Source: a virus
Taxonomy: Duplodnaviria > Caudoviricetes
DNA length: 56,126 nt
IMG/VR virus record: IMGVR_UViG_3300042988_000513
Location: 1-56,126 of that record
Strand: one strand, 5' to 3'
Below are positions 42,568 to 50,663 of the stretch, piece after piece (positions within the stretch are counted from its first letter, which is position 1; each line of letters starts with the position of its first letter). A model generated the notes under the pieces. It was not told the origin of the DNA. It saw only the letters and a program-made list of their open reading frames with translations, and ran no database searches. Made by a program: the position numbers and the translations under genes.

Positions 42568-42928
42568 CTAGCTCCTCCACTCGCACAACCGCCCTGGGAT
42601 GCTGCCGGTCTACCGACTTGGTTGCGTGAATCTCTACAACCTGGCTGTCGTCAATCCATGCCACGCCATTAAGCCCGTCCGATATCGCCTTGAGCACGTT
42701 GTCAAGGTCCCTGCGCCGGCTGTCACCCATGTAGAAGCTGCACGTCAGCCGAACCGGCCCGGCGCATGGATACGCGCCGGCTACGCCAGCCAGAATGCCA
42801 ACCGTCTTTTCGTACTCGCGGGTACGCTTCGGAGTTACGGCATGGCCGTTGAACATGCGCGGCCTGGCCTTTGGGACGGGCGTTCCAGGAATGCAGAACT
42901 CAACGCAGCGCATTCCCAATGGTCGCAA
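42560..42928 (-). CDS. rusA: RusA-family Holliday junction resolvase
   Basis: PVPKARPR, RRDLDNVLKAISDGLNG..DDSQV. Confidence 0.92.
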   Translation of the reverse strand: MRPLGMRCVEFCIPGTPVPKARPRMFNGHAVTPKRTREYEKTVGILAGVAGAYPCAGPVRLTCSFYMGDSRRRDLDNVLKAISDGLNGVAWIDDSQVVEIHATKSVDRQHPRAVVRVEELDG

Positions 42929-42938
42929 CTATTGGCGG

Positions 42939-44282
42939 CTATGTCTCGGGCTCGGCGTCTTTGTAGTAGTCCGCGACATTCCCTTCGCAGTCCTTGACCA
43001 TCGCTGCGGCCCCAGCAAACCTAAGCTCAACCGTTTTCCCTGCTACTCCGTTCGTGTTTTTGAGCACGCTTACACGAATCGTGTCGCTGTTTCCTTCTCG
43101 CGCCAAGCCAATTGCGACGCGGGCCTTTCGTCCAATCTCTGAGCTGTTGGCGAAGTCGTTGATCGTCGGGTCGTCGCCCGGACCAAGCCCTTGCCTATTC
43201 TTTAGCTGGCTGGCCACGATAACGGGAATCGAGTGTCTCTTTGCGATGTCTCGCAGGTCGGCCAGCGCGTCAGCGATCTCAAGGTCATGCCGGTCCTTGT
43301 GCTTTGTACCAAGCCTAAGTTCTCCAAGGTGATCAAGCACGATAGCCCTACATCCACGATTGACGATCATGTCGCGAGCAGTAAGCGTTACCTCGGACGG
43401 AGACAGTCCTCCACGGTCATCAACCAGCACGTTGTTGGCGTACTTGGAGATCCTAGAGACTCCTCGGCTTGCCGATTCTTGCTGTCCCTGTGTTAGCAGC
43501 CTATTTCGTAGAACGAACTGGTTTACGCCAGCCTCGTCAGACCAAAGTCGGTATGCAAGCCACTTTGCGTCATCCTCGAGAGAGAACAGTCCGACCTTGA
43601 CGTTTGACTTTGCTAGTCCCTGGCAAATTGCCGCCAGAAGCGCAGACTTCCCCGTTCCAGGGAGCGCCCCAACAACAGTCAGAACGCTTCGCTGAAGTCC
43701 TCCTATGACGGCATCAAGTCCAGCAATTCCGGTTGGTATCGGCCCGGATTCCTTGCCTGCCATTCGCTCTTCTAGCTCTTGGAGCGCCTCGTCAAGAACC
43801 TCGGAGAGGCTTTTGATGGATCGCTTCGACAGGCTGATAGACGCCATGGCACCAGAGGCCTTGGAAAGCGCCTCGGCTGGAGCAACTCCAGGATCGCGCG
43901 CGGCCCTAGATGCCTCTGCAGCAATTTCAATAATCTTGCGTCTAAGGGCGGCCTCCCTGATGGCGTCGGCATAGTGCGAAAGATTTGCCGTAGTCGGAAC
44001 GGATCCCTCAAGCTCGGCCAGCCAAGTCGCTCCTCCTGCGCTTTCAAAGGCTGGTGTTTTCGCCAGACTTCTTCGAAGAGTGACCGGATCAACAGGAGAT
44101 CCAGCTCCGGTTAGCTCGTAAATGGAAGCCAGTAGCGCCTGGTGCGCTGGATGCGTAAGGCGGTCTGGCTGAACAAGAGAAGACTCTAGGGCGGATCGCT
44201 GGGCGACGGGGTCATATCCAAGGGCCAGGAGCCCTCCAAGGAACGCGCGCTCTGCTTCTAGGTCTTGGAGCGGATCACGCAT
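42939..44282 (-). CDS. dnaB: Replicative DNA helicase, DnaB family
   Basis: Start MRDPLQDLEAE; PTG..LD..GG, GALPGTGKS, FSLE, LDHL, SQL, KNTNG. Confidence 0.92.
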   Translation of the reverse strand: MRDPLQDLEAERAFLGGLLALGYDPVAQRSALESSLVQPDRLTHPAHQALLASIYELTGAGSPVDPVTLRRSLAKTPAFESAGGATWLAELEGSVPTTANLSHYADAIREAALRRKIIEIAAEASRAARDPGVAPAEALSKASGAMASISLSKRSIKSLSEVLDEALQELEERMAGKESGPIPTGIAGLDAVIGGLQRSVLTVVGALPGTGKSALLAAICQGLAKSNVKVGLFSLEDDAKWLAYRLWSDEAGVNQFVLRNRLLTQGQQESASRGVSRISKYANNVLVDDRGGLSPSEVTLTARDMIVNRGCRAIVLDHLGELRLGTKHKDRHDLEIADALADLRDIAKRHSIPVIVASQLKNRQGLGPGDDPTINDFANSSEIGRKARVAIGLAREGNSDTIRVSVLKNTNGVAGKTVELRFAGAAAMVKDCEGNVADYYKDAEPET

Positions 44283-45120
44283 CGGTGTCCCTCGGTTCGT
44301 CTGGATACAGCTCTTCGGATGGATCGAATAGTTGTAGTCTCGTTGGCCGAGTAGAGGCGTATGCGTTGAAATTGCTACAGAAGTAAGCGAGTGACGCGCT
44401 CTTGTCCCTGAAGAACGAATCACCGAATGCGGCCTCAATGCGCCTGCCGAACTCCGCTACGCTTACGTCAGTTGCCCTCAACAGTCTCTTTAATCCGGAT
44501 CCATCCTTTGGCTGGAAGATGTACTTGTTGCCCTTTGCCTTCTCGTAGGCGTCAAAGAACAGCCTTGTTACTTGGCTGTGCCTTGGATCCGCCATTTCCT
44601 TGGACTTGGCCTTTTCTTCGGAAGCCAGCGGCGCGTCAGCCGCCGCACTAGATCCATTCTCCATTCTCCATTCTCCATTATCCACCGGGCTCGTACTGTC
44701 CTTTTCCCGGCTAGTACTGTCCTTTCCTGGGCTTTCCGCGAAAGGGACAGTACTAGCAATGTCCTTTTCCCGGCTCGTACTGTCCTTTTCCCGGCTCGAC
44801 GGGGGTGGAATCTCTGACGGAGACTCCTTCCTGTGTGGTTTCTGGTGCTTAGAGAATGACGGGATAGCGATGTATCGCTCGCCGTCGGACTCGTATCGGA
44901 CAATGAATCCCGCATCGGCAAGCCTTCCGATGGCTGAGTCAATGTCAACCTCATCGTAAGGGAACAGGGCGGCCTTGATGCGCTTTGGCCTGTCATCCAT
45001 GCGACCGTCTCTGTCTGCAACGGTCCAGAGGCCGATGAACAGCAGGCGGTCGAAGTGCCCAAGCTCCGCCAGGCCCTCGTGGAGGAAGAACTCGTGCTTG
45101 ATGGTTCGCATCCTAGGCAT
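44275..45120 (-). CDS. Phage replication initiator protein
   Basis: MPRMRTIK.EFF, RLLFIGLW..ADRDGR, F.KHQ; internal iterons; upstream of DnaB. Confidence 0.82.
   Translation of the reverse strand: MPRMRTIKHEFFLHEGLAELGHFDRLLFIGLWTVADRDGRMDDRPKRIKAALFPYDEVDIDSAIGRLADAGFIVRYESDGERYIAIPSFSKHQKPHRKESPSEIPPPSSREKDSTSREKDIASTVPFAESPGKDSTSREKDSTSPVDNGEWRMENGSSAAADAPLASEEKAKSKEMADPRHSQVTRLFFDAYEKAKGNKYIFQPKDGSGLKRLLRATDVSVAEFGRRIEAAFGDSFFRDKSASLAYFCSNFNAYASTRPTRLQLFDPSEELYPDEPRDTDA
44653..44797. repeat. Putative replication origin: 21-bp-period iterons GTACTGTCCTTTTCCCGGCT plus (TCCATTC)n repeats
   Basis: Four direct copies (about 44693, 44714, 44757, 44778), one inverted partial copy (44741-44753), three to four 7-mers at 44653-44680. 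Confidence 0.8.
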
Positions 45121-45685
45121 TGGTGGGCCCCTTCCACTGGACGATGTTTCCGGCCTCGGTCCACCGAAGCGTCCAGATGTGACCTTCTGGAATTGCCCAC
45201 ATCTTTGAGTCTTGCACTCCGTTTAGATAGCTATTCGGAGTACACAGGATGTCGCATCTTTCATCTCCGCAGGTTTCAAGTGCAAGAGGTGCCATGCACC
45301 AGCCGGCTCTTGGTATGCACATAATGCCAATACAAGCCAGTTGTCCGATGTGCTTTCCAAGCCCATCGTTTCCGCAGAGGGTCGACCCGACAATAACTGC
45401 AGCTGTCTTCTTCTCCAGAAGAAGAAGGGCGCGCTCGATTTTTGGCATCGTAATATCGAGCGTCGTGTTGGCATTGTATTTCCAGTCAATTGGCTTTACT
45501 TCAATAAATAGTCGCCTCTTCTGGCCGTACAGAACGAAGTCGGGAATCCATCCGTCTAAGTCCAGCGGCTCGTAATCCCATCGCCATCCTGCCAAATCGA
45601 AGAACGCCGCCCACCTTGCCTCAAGCCGTGAACGGAACTGCACTCCTTTGTACTTCGTCGGAATTGCCGGGATTCGCCGCTCCAT
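45113..45685 (-). CDS. PD-(D/E)xK nuclease-like protein
   Basis: FRSRLEARWAAFFD, YEP, PDF, IEVKP. Confidence 0.78.
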   Translation of the reverse strand: MERRIPAIPTKYKGVQFRSRLEARWAAFFDLAGWRWDYEPLDLDGWIPDFVLYGQKRRLFIEVKPIDWKYNANTTLDITMPKIERALLLLEKKTAAVIVGSTLCGNDGLGKHIGQLACIGIMCIPRAGWCMAPLALETCGDERCDILCTPNSYLNGVQDSKMWAIPEGHIWTLRWTEAGNIVQWKGPTNA

Positions 45686-45804
45686 GTTTTCTCCGAAAAT
45701 AAAGGCGCCTCACCGGTCCTGTGGCAGCAGGAACACGGGAGACGCCCGGTGCAGCTAAGTGGAAGTTACCGCCGAAGTCTGCCAACCTCGACGCGCCGAC
45801 ACGT

Positions 45805-46029
45805 CTATGGCTTTGAGGAGCCCCACCACAGCAGCCTCCGAATCTCGCTCGAAACGGAACTGGCGGTTTCCTCTCGTGTCTTGCCTTGGTCGGCGTAGCC
45901 TGCTGACTCGGAGCCGTGGGCGCGCACGACAACCAGAACCTTGCCGGCCGGGGCCTCGGAGCACATAACGAACGGGCGGCACTCGGAGTCTCCGCAAGAG
46001 CACTGCATCCCAAAGTAGAAGTGCCTCAT
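45805..46029 (-). CDS. Hypothetical protein
   Basis: ATGA-coupled; GGAG RBS. Confidence 0.45.
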   Translation of the reverse strand: MRHFYFGMQCSCGDSECRPFVMCSEAPAGKVLVVVRAHGSESAGYADQGKTREETASSVSSEIRRLLWWGSSKP

Positions 46030-46229
46030 GTTTCCTCCGTTTTAACGTGCTCGTACCATTCGCCAACATATGACTCGAATGTCAGTGTTGCGCCCAGCGT
46101 TCGGCCCACGAATCTGCTAGGAGACTCCTCGATAATCTCCAACCAAAACATGCGCTTGATGTCAGCCAGCGTGGTCAGCGGCTTACCTCGATACGGAGGA
46201 CTATTTGTAGAATTCGAACGCCTCGTCAT
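46026..46229 (-). CDS. Hypothetical protein
   Basis: Minus-strand operon packing. Confidence 0.4.
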   Translation of the reverse strand: MTRRSNSTNSPPYRGKPLTTLADIKRMFWLEIIEESPSRFVGRTLGATLTFESYVGEWYEHVKTEET

Positions 46230-46365
46230 CGGGAAGTGGTTCCTCGTCTGGGCGCAGAGTGATCACGCATGTATTCTTTCCGAACTTGCGCCAGACAAGT
46301 CTATGGGGCTTTGGCTCAGGAATCGCGGCCTCCAGGAGCTTCTCCAAGTCGGTCAGGTCAATCAC
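46201..46365 (-). CDS. Hypothetical small protein
   Basis: GTG start overlapping upstream TGA. Confidence 0.45.
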   Translation of the reverse strand: MIDLTDLEKLLEAAIPEPKPHRLVWRKFGKNTCVITLRPDEEPLPDDEAFEFYK

Positions 46366-46703
46366 CGGAAGCGCTCCTCTCGCTTTGCGTGGCAGGAGTC
46401 GCAGAGGGTGGCCATCCAGCCCCGAGAATTGGCGTCGAGCCTGCCCGCCGATCCGCAATCCTCGCAGATGGTCGCCGAGCGTTCCTCGGCCTCGTCAATC
46501 AGGTCCAGATGCTCAATCGTTGGGTTGTGGATGTAGAACCGAAGCTCGCCAAACTTCTCCTTTATTTGCGCGATGTTGTTGACGTCGAAGTCCTTCAGGA
46601 CCAGGTTGGCAATCAGCTCGTCAACAAGCGGAACCCAGCCGGCGCCAATCGACACGCCGCACGGCGCGCGAAAGCCCCACTTCTGCTCCAGGTCGATAGT
46701 CAT
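46362..46703 (-). CDS. Conserved phage protein with QIKEKFG.LRFY motif and zinc ribbon
   Basis: GW.PLV, QIKEKFGELRFY, CEDCG, TLCDSC. Confidence 0.8.
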   Translation of the reverse strand: MTIDLEQKWGFRAPCGVSIGAGWVPLVDELIANLVLKDFDVNNIAQIKEKFGELRFYIHNPTIEHLDLIDEAEERSATICEDCGSAGRLDANSRGWMATLCDSCHAKREERFR

Positions 46704-46975
46704 CGCGCCCACCTCACGTAAAGCTCGCAGTCCTGTCCGATTGAGCATGACATTCCCTCAAGCTGGAGCCTCTCGGCGAGGGCGGCCGCGCGCGACATGG
46801 TGCCTGCGCTACCAAGGGAGATTGCCTGGCCTCCGTCTTCGGCGGCCTCGCGGATGATCTCGAGCGCGTACGGGAGCATTGCGTCGGACCATGCGCGGTC
46901 AGCTGCGCGCAACGTTTCGATTGCCTGGCGCTGAGACTGCAGTCTGGTCTGCTGCATTGCTGTCGCTGCGAGCAT
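46700..46975 (-). CDS. Hypothetical protein
   Basis: AGGAGG RBS, ATGA coupling downstream. Confidence 0.6.
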   Translation of the reverse strand: MLAATAMQQTRLQSQRQAIETLRAADRAWSDAMLPYALEIIREAAEDGGQAISLGSAGTMSRAAALAERLQLEGMSCSIGQDCELYVRWAR

Positions 46976-47005
46976 TTGCTCCTCCTGGCGAATTCCCCTC
47001 AACCA

Positions 47006-47078
47006 AGCCGGCGACGGGAATCGGACCCGCGACCTTCCGCTTACAAGGCGGATGCTCTGCCAACTGAGCTACGCCGGC
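47006..47078 (-). tRNA. tRNA-Thr(TGT)
   Basis: GCCGGCG/CGCCGGC acceptor, TAGCTCAGTTGGCAGAGC D-arm, TCCGC-CTTGTAA-GCGGA anticodon arm; T-loop TCCGATT; CCA not encoded. Confidence 0.93.
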
Positions 47079-47084
47079 GCTCTG

Positions 47085-47327
47085 CTACGGCTCCCTGGTG
47101 CGCTTGCACCCCTCATCTACTCGAGACAGGTCGAAGCCCATACGAACGGAGGCGGCGCCCTGCGTAAACGCGTAGGTGGACAGGCGGTACAGACCCGAGC
47201 TGCGCGCAATTACCGTCTCTCCGTCGTACAGGGCGAACATTGCCTCTGCCGCAGTCTCGTCTCGAATTTCAAGGGTCTTGCCAACGACGTGGGGCTTGGA
47301 GATGACATCGACCGTGGCGATACGCAT
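47085..47327 (-). CDS. Hypothetical protein
   Basis: AGGAGGAG RBS. Confidence 0.6.
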   Translation of the reverse strand: MRIATVDVISKPHVVGKTLEIRDETAAEAMFALYDGETVIARSSGLYRLSTYAFTQGAASVRMGFDLSRVDEGCKRTREP

Positions 47328-47382
47328 GGCTCCTCCTATGCGGCAGGATTGCCGCCGTGTGCTTCGCTTTGATGTCTGGCTG

Positions 47383-47913
47383 TTACGGCTTGTGGTACTT
47401 GCGCGCCTCTATCTGGTCTCCGTACTCGGGCGTAGACGGACCAGGCGGCGACGCGGAGCGGATCCGCTTGGCGGCCTGCTCGGCGATATACTGACGCTGC
47501 CACTCTCGAGTTACGGTGGGCTCGTAGTGGTCATGGCGATGGTCGTACTTAATTGTAGCGTCGATGCCGCCAGCCTCGGCCCCGTAGCACCCGAGTGCTC
47601 GCCTGAGCGCTACAGGCTCAGGCCATCCCTCGGCGACAAGCTGGTCCCTAAACTCAATGATGCGCTTCGAGAAATGCGCAACAGAATCTGAGTGCCGATA
47701 CGGGTCGTCGACCGGAGAGACGTTCTTGGTCCGGCCGCGCTCTGCGCACGCCTTCTCTCGCCAGCGAGCCTCGATATCAAGAATCTCGGTATGGCCAAAC
47801 GATGCACGGCCCTGACGCTGGCGACCACCAATTCCGTTATCGACGAATCCGAAGCCGAGCTGCAGCCCAAACTGGACCTTCTTGTGCGTGAGACCATCTC
47901 GACGGATTCCCAT
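47383..47913 (-). CDS. Hypothetical early protein
   Basis: Likely start MGIRRDG with GGAGGAG RBS. Confidence 0.6.
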   Translation of the reverse strand: MGIRRDGLTHKKVQFGLQLGFGFVDNGIGGRQRQGRASFGHTEILDIEARWREKACAERGRTKNVSPVDDPYRHSDSVAHFSKRIIEFRDQLVAEGWPEPVALRRALGCYGAEAGGIDATIKYDHRHDHYEPTVTREWQRQYIAEQAAKRIRSASPPGPSTPEYGDQIEARKYHKP

Positions 47914-47929
47914 GACTCCTCCAACCGCA

Positions 47930-48124
47930 TTACTGCGGCATGTCTGGACCACGCTGCACGAACGGACGATCGCCGATTCCAACGATGACGACAGGAGAAG
48001 ATGAGACGCTTTCCAGTGCCCGCCGAACCTGGCGCAACGCGATTGCTCGGCCGAGCAGATACCCAACGATGCCTGCCAGCGGCAGGCCGCACGCGAAGAA
48101 GATCATGATGTATGCACCCCGCAC
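47930..48124 (-). CDS. Small membrane protein
   Basis: One N-terminal TM helix. Confidence 0.45.
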   Translation of the reverse strand: MRGAYIMIFFACGLPLAGIVGYLLGRAIALRQVRRALESVSSSPVVIVGIGDRPFVQRGPDMPQ

Positions 48125-48288
48125 TTTTGGGCCTGACCCCCATCACGCCCGGTGCGCAGCATATCCACCGACTGGGGGTGGAACGCTACTGCTCCAGTGT
48201 GCGGGTGGGTGACTGTACGCTCGCTTGCCTCTAGGCCAGATGGCCGAGTCCAGCGTGCGCCTTCTTGTCTCAGTTGCGTTGACCTCAT
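48103..48288 (-). CDS. Possible leaderless first gene of the leftward operon
   Basis: ATG 7 nt after the predicted -10; no recognisable motif. Confidence 0.3.
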   Translation of the reverse strand: MRSTQLRQEGARWTRPSGLEASERTVTHPHTGAVAFHPQSVDMLRTGRDGGQAQKCGVHTS

Positions 48289-48295
48289 GTCAAGA

Positions 48296-48337
48296 ACTTT
48301 ATCAGACACGAGGCGCCGGAGTCAAGCCGGCTTGTCC
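48296..48337 (-). promoter_or_regulatory. Leftward early promoter (TTGACT-18-TAAAGT, extended -10) with palindromic operator CAAGCCGGCTTG
   Basis: -35 at 48320-48325, -10 at 48296-48301, palindrome 48323-48334. Confidence 0.7.
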
Positions 48338-48344
48338 TTGTCGG

Positions 48345-48749
48345 CTATCCCTCCGAGATTTTCTTAGCAATTGCCAGCCAGTCGCTAGCAGCGAGCTTCG
48401 CCTCTGGAGCGCTCTTTCCGATGGACTCTAGAATGTCCTTGATCCTGCCTGGGCGCTCTCCGCTGGCCACCTGTGCCGCAGTAAGACCACCAGACTGAGG
48501 TGGTCCTGGCGTCAAGACGAACACGCCGCTCGCGTCTCTATATAGAAGCTTTCCGTGCTCGCCGAGCGCCTTTTCGGCCTTCTTGGCAAAGTCTAGGCTT
48601 GGACGCCTGGTCGCTCCGGTCTCAACCAGGGACACGGACTGCTTGGTGTAGCCCATCCTCTCGGCAAGCTGCTCCTGGGTTATGCCTAGCTTCTCCCTGG
48701 CTTCCTTCAGCCTCTTGCCAAACCAGCTTTCGCTTTCGTCCATGGCCAC
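48345..48749 (-). CDS. XRE-family HTH regulator (repressor/Cro-like)
   Basis: FGKRLKEAREKLGITQEQLAERMGYTKQSVSLVETG..RPSL; no S24 peptidase domain visible. Confidence 0.9.
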   Translation of the reverse strand: MAMDESESWFGKRLKEAREKLGITQEQLAERMGYTKQSVSLVETGATRRPSLDFAKKAEKALGEHGKLLYRDASGVFVLTPGPPQSGGLTAAQVASGERPGRIKDILESIGKSAPEAKLAASDWLAIAKKISEG

Positions 48750-48769
48750 CCTCCATGTAGCACGTTATA

Positions 48770-48830
48770 CCACCCGGCTTGTCCGCGCAAGCAAGTCGGC
48801 TTGACTCTGACAAGAGCGCTATGGTACGCT
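48770..48830 (+). promoter_or_regulatory. Rightward early promoter (TTGACT-18-TACGCT) with operators CAAGTCGGCTTG and CCACCCGGCTTG
   Basis: -35 at 48801-48806, -10 at 48825-48830; operators 48792-48803 and 48770-48781; divergent TATAAC for the XRE gene. Confidence 0.7.
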
Positions 48831-48985
48831 TCTCTTGTCGTTGGGCACCGGGCGGGCAGCAAGGGCGTCGGCGGGAAGCACGTCAGGCTCCAGCAGGAGC
48901 GACATGACGGCGGGCCAGGCGACGAGGCGAGAGGCGAAGTTTCCTGGCTGTTAGTCCAACACTTAACACTACCTGGGGTGCTGGA

Positions 48986-49288
48986 ATGTATACCGGCTGC
49001 CTGTTCGCGTCCGAATTTGAGCTGACGGCTGCGCTCGGGCGGCCAAGGCCTGATGAGAATCGAAAAGCGGGCGACCCGTCGGGGTCATTGGATGGCCTCG
49101 ACGGGGCGCTTTCCAGGGTCTTCCAGTTGCTCGGTGAGGCGCGCGAAGCGTCGAAGCGTGCCGACGAGGCTTGCCGGCGCCTGCGCAGGGCGCTCGGCGG
49201 CACGTCGCCACAGACCCCAGATCCTGACGATTTGCCCCCGCTCATCCCTGGCGAACCAATCCCCGACTGGCTCAAGGAGACCGAATGA
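48986..49288 (+). CDS. Hypothetical protein
   Basis: First long rightward ORF, ATGA-coupled to next; start uncertain. Confidence 0.5.
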   Translation: MYTGCLFASEFELTAALGRPRPDENRKAGDPSGSLDGLDGALSRVFQLLGEAREASKRADEACRRLRRALGGTSPQTPDPDDLPPLIPGEPIPDWLKETE

Positions 49289-49473
49289 TGATCGCCGCCG
49301 CGTTTGTGAGTGGTTCGCTCCTCGGGGTCATCTTCGGCGCCCTTGCCGCTCGCGAGGTCCACTTTCAGAACATTAAGGAGTCGCTGGACGAGTCTTGGCG
49401 GCACGGCTTTGACAGCGCGCTTATCCGCTTCCGGCGCTCCGGAATCCGCGAATGGCTCGACGAGGAGGTGTGA
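49285..49473 (+). CDS. Small membrane protein
   Basis: AAGGAG RBS, N-terminal TM helix. Confidence 0.55.
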   Translation: MMIAAAFVSGSLLGVIFGALAAREVHFQNIKESLDESWRHGFDSALIRFRRSGIREWLDEEV

Positions 49474-49474
49474 A

Positions 49475-50188
49475 ATGGACGCCACTACCCTAAACGCAAT
49501 ACTCGCCGACCACGCCAAATGGCTAAGTGGCGACCCGACCGGTAATCGCGCGGACCTGAGACGCGCGGACCTGAGCGGCGCGGACCTGAGCGGCGCGAAC
49601 CTGAGCGGCGCGGACCTGAGCGGCGCGGACCTGAGCGGCGCGGACCTGAGACGCGCGGACCTGAGCGGCGCGAACCTGGGCGACGCGGACCTGAGCGGCG
49701 CGGACCTGAGCGGCGCGAACCTGGGCGACGCGAACCTGCACGGCGCGAACCTGGGCGACGCGGACCTGAGACGCGCGGACCTGAGCGGCGCGGACCTGAG
49801 CGGCGCGGACCTGGGCGACGCGGACCTGAGACGCGCGGACCTGAGCGGCGCGGACCTGAGCGGCGCGAACCTATCTCATTTCCAAATATGTCCAGAGGAA
49901 GGCTCGTTTACTGCCTTCAAAAAGGTGACCGGAGCCATACTGACTCTCGAAATTCCGGCCGACGCACAGAGGACGTCCTCCCCTGTTGGGCGCAAGTGCC
50001 GCGCGTCCAAGGCCCGCGTGGTCTCTGCTAGCGCCGAAGGTACGGAGTTCCGATCCGAACACAACTCTAATTTTGTCTACCGCATCGGAGAAACGGTCGT
50101 TCCAGATCCCTACGATCCAGATATCCGCGTGGAGTGTACTCACGGCATTCATTTTTTCATGACGCGCAAAGAGGCGGAGGAATACTGA
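49475..50188 (+). CDS. Pentapeptide-repeat protein with C-terminal DUF5758-like domain
   Basis: Start MDATTL with GGAGG; about 21 A(D/N)L(S/R/G/H)x repeats; LEIPADA.R..RKCRAS, EC.HGIHFFMTR.EA. Confidence 0.9.
   Translation: MDATTLNAILADHAKWLSGDPTGNRADLRRADLSGADLSGANLSGADLSGADLSGADLRRADLSGANLGDADLSGADLSGANLGDANLHGANLGDADLRRADLSGADLSGADLGDADLRRADLSGADLSGANLSHFQICPEEGSFTAFKKVTGAILTLEIPADAQRTSSPVGRKCRASKARVVSASAEGTEFRSEHNSNFVYRIGETVVPDPYDPDIRVECTHGIHFFMTRKEAEEY
49547..49872 (+). repeat. 15-bp coding tandem repeat CGCG(G/A)ACCTG(AGCGG/AGACG/GGCGA)
   Basis: More than 20 near-identical units. Confidence 0.95.
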
Positions 50189-50189
50189 C

Positions 50190-50393
50190 ATGGCCCCGCG
50201 AATCATCGCCCAGTGTCGCAACTGCGGATACGCGCACACCGTCAAGAGCTGGCTCCGGCTCGAGCACATTTCGGCAGACAAGCAGGAGTCCCGGCGACGA
50301 TGCGAATGCGGGCACGACCTCGGAGTTACCATCGTTGAGTTCATGGCGGCGGCATCATACGAACAGCGGCGCGCATTCCTGGAGGGTCGATGA
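50190..50393 (+). CDS. Small zinc-ribbon protein
   Basis: CRNCG..CECG. Confidence 0.6.
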   Translation: MAPRIIAQCRNCGYAHTVKSWLRLEHISADKQESRRRCECGHDLGVTIVEFMAAASYEQRRAFLEGR

Positions 50394-50644
50394 CAAGGAT
50401 TCCTCGCAGCGAATTCGACCCGGATCAAACCTGGTATGTCTTGAGCGTGGACGAGGACGGAGAGCCAGACTTTGAGCGTCAGGACGGCCCGATGACGCGC
50501 GAAGAGGCCGTTGCTTGGAGGAATCGCTGGATTGGCGAGCGGCTGGAAATCGTGAAGGACGATAAGCTCGCAGAGGAGCACCAGTTTCGCGAGCCATGGG
50601 CGGTTGCTGAGGCGCAGCGTCGGAAGGTGTGTGGAGAGCGGTAA
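50390..50644 (+). CDS. Hypothetical protein
   Basis: ATGA coupling, GGAGG RBS. Confidence 0.6.
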   Translation: MTRIPRSEFDPDQTWYVLSVDEDGEPDFERQDGPMTREEAVAWRNRWIGERLEIVKDDKLAEEHQFREPWAVAEAQRRKVCGER

Positions 50645-50663
50645 CTTATCAAAGGAGCTAGTT

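Noticed and set aside
49547-49872. Possible CRISPR array
   Set aside because: 15-bp contiguous units without unique spacers, in frame in a pentapeptide gene; the Cas4-like gene nearby is a recombination exonuclease
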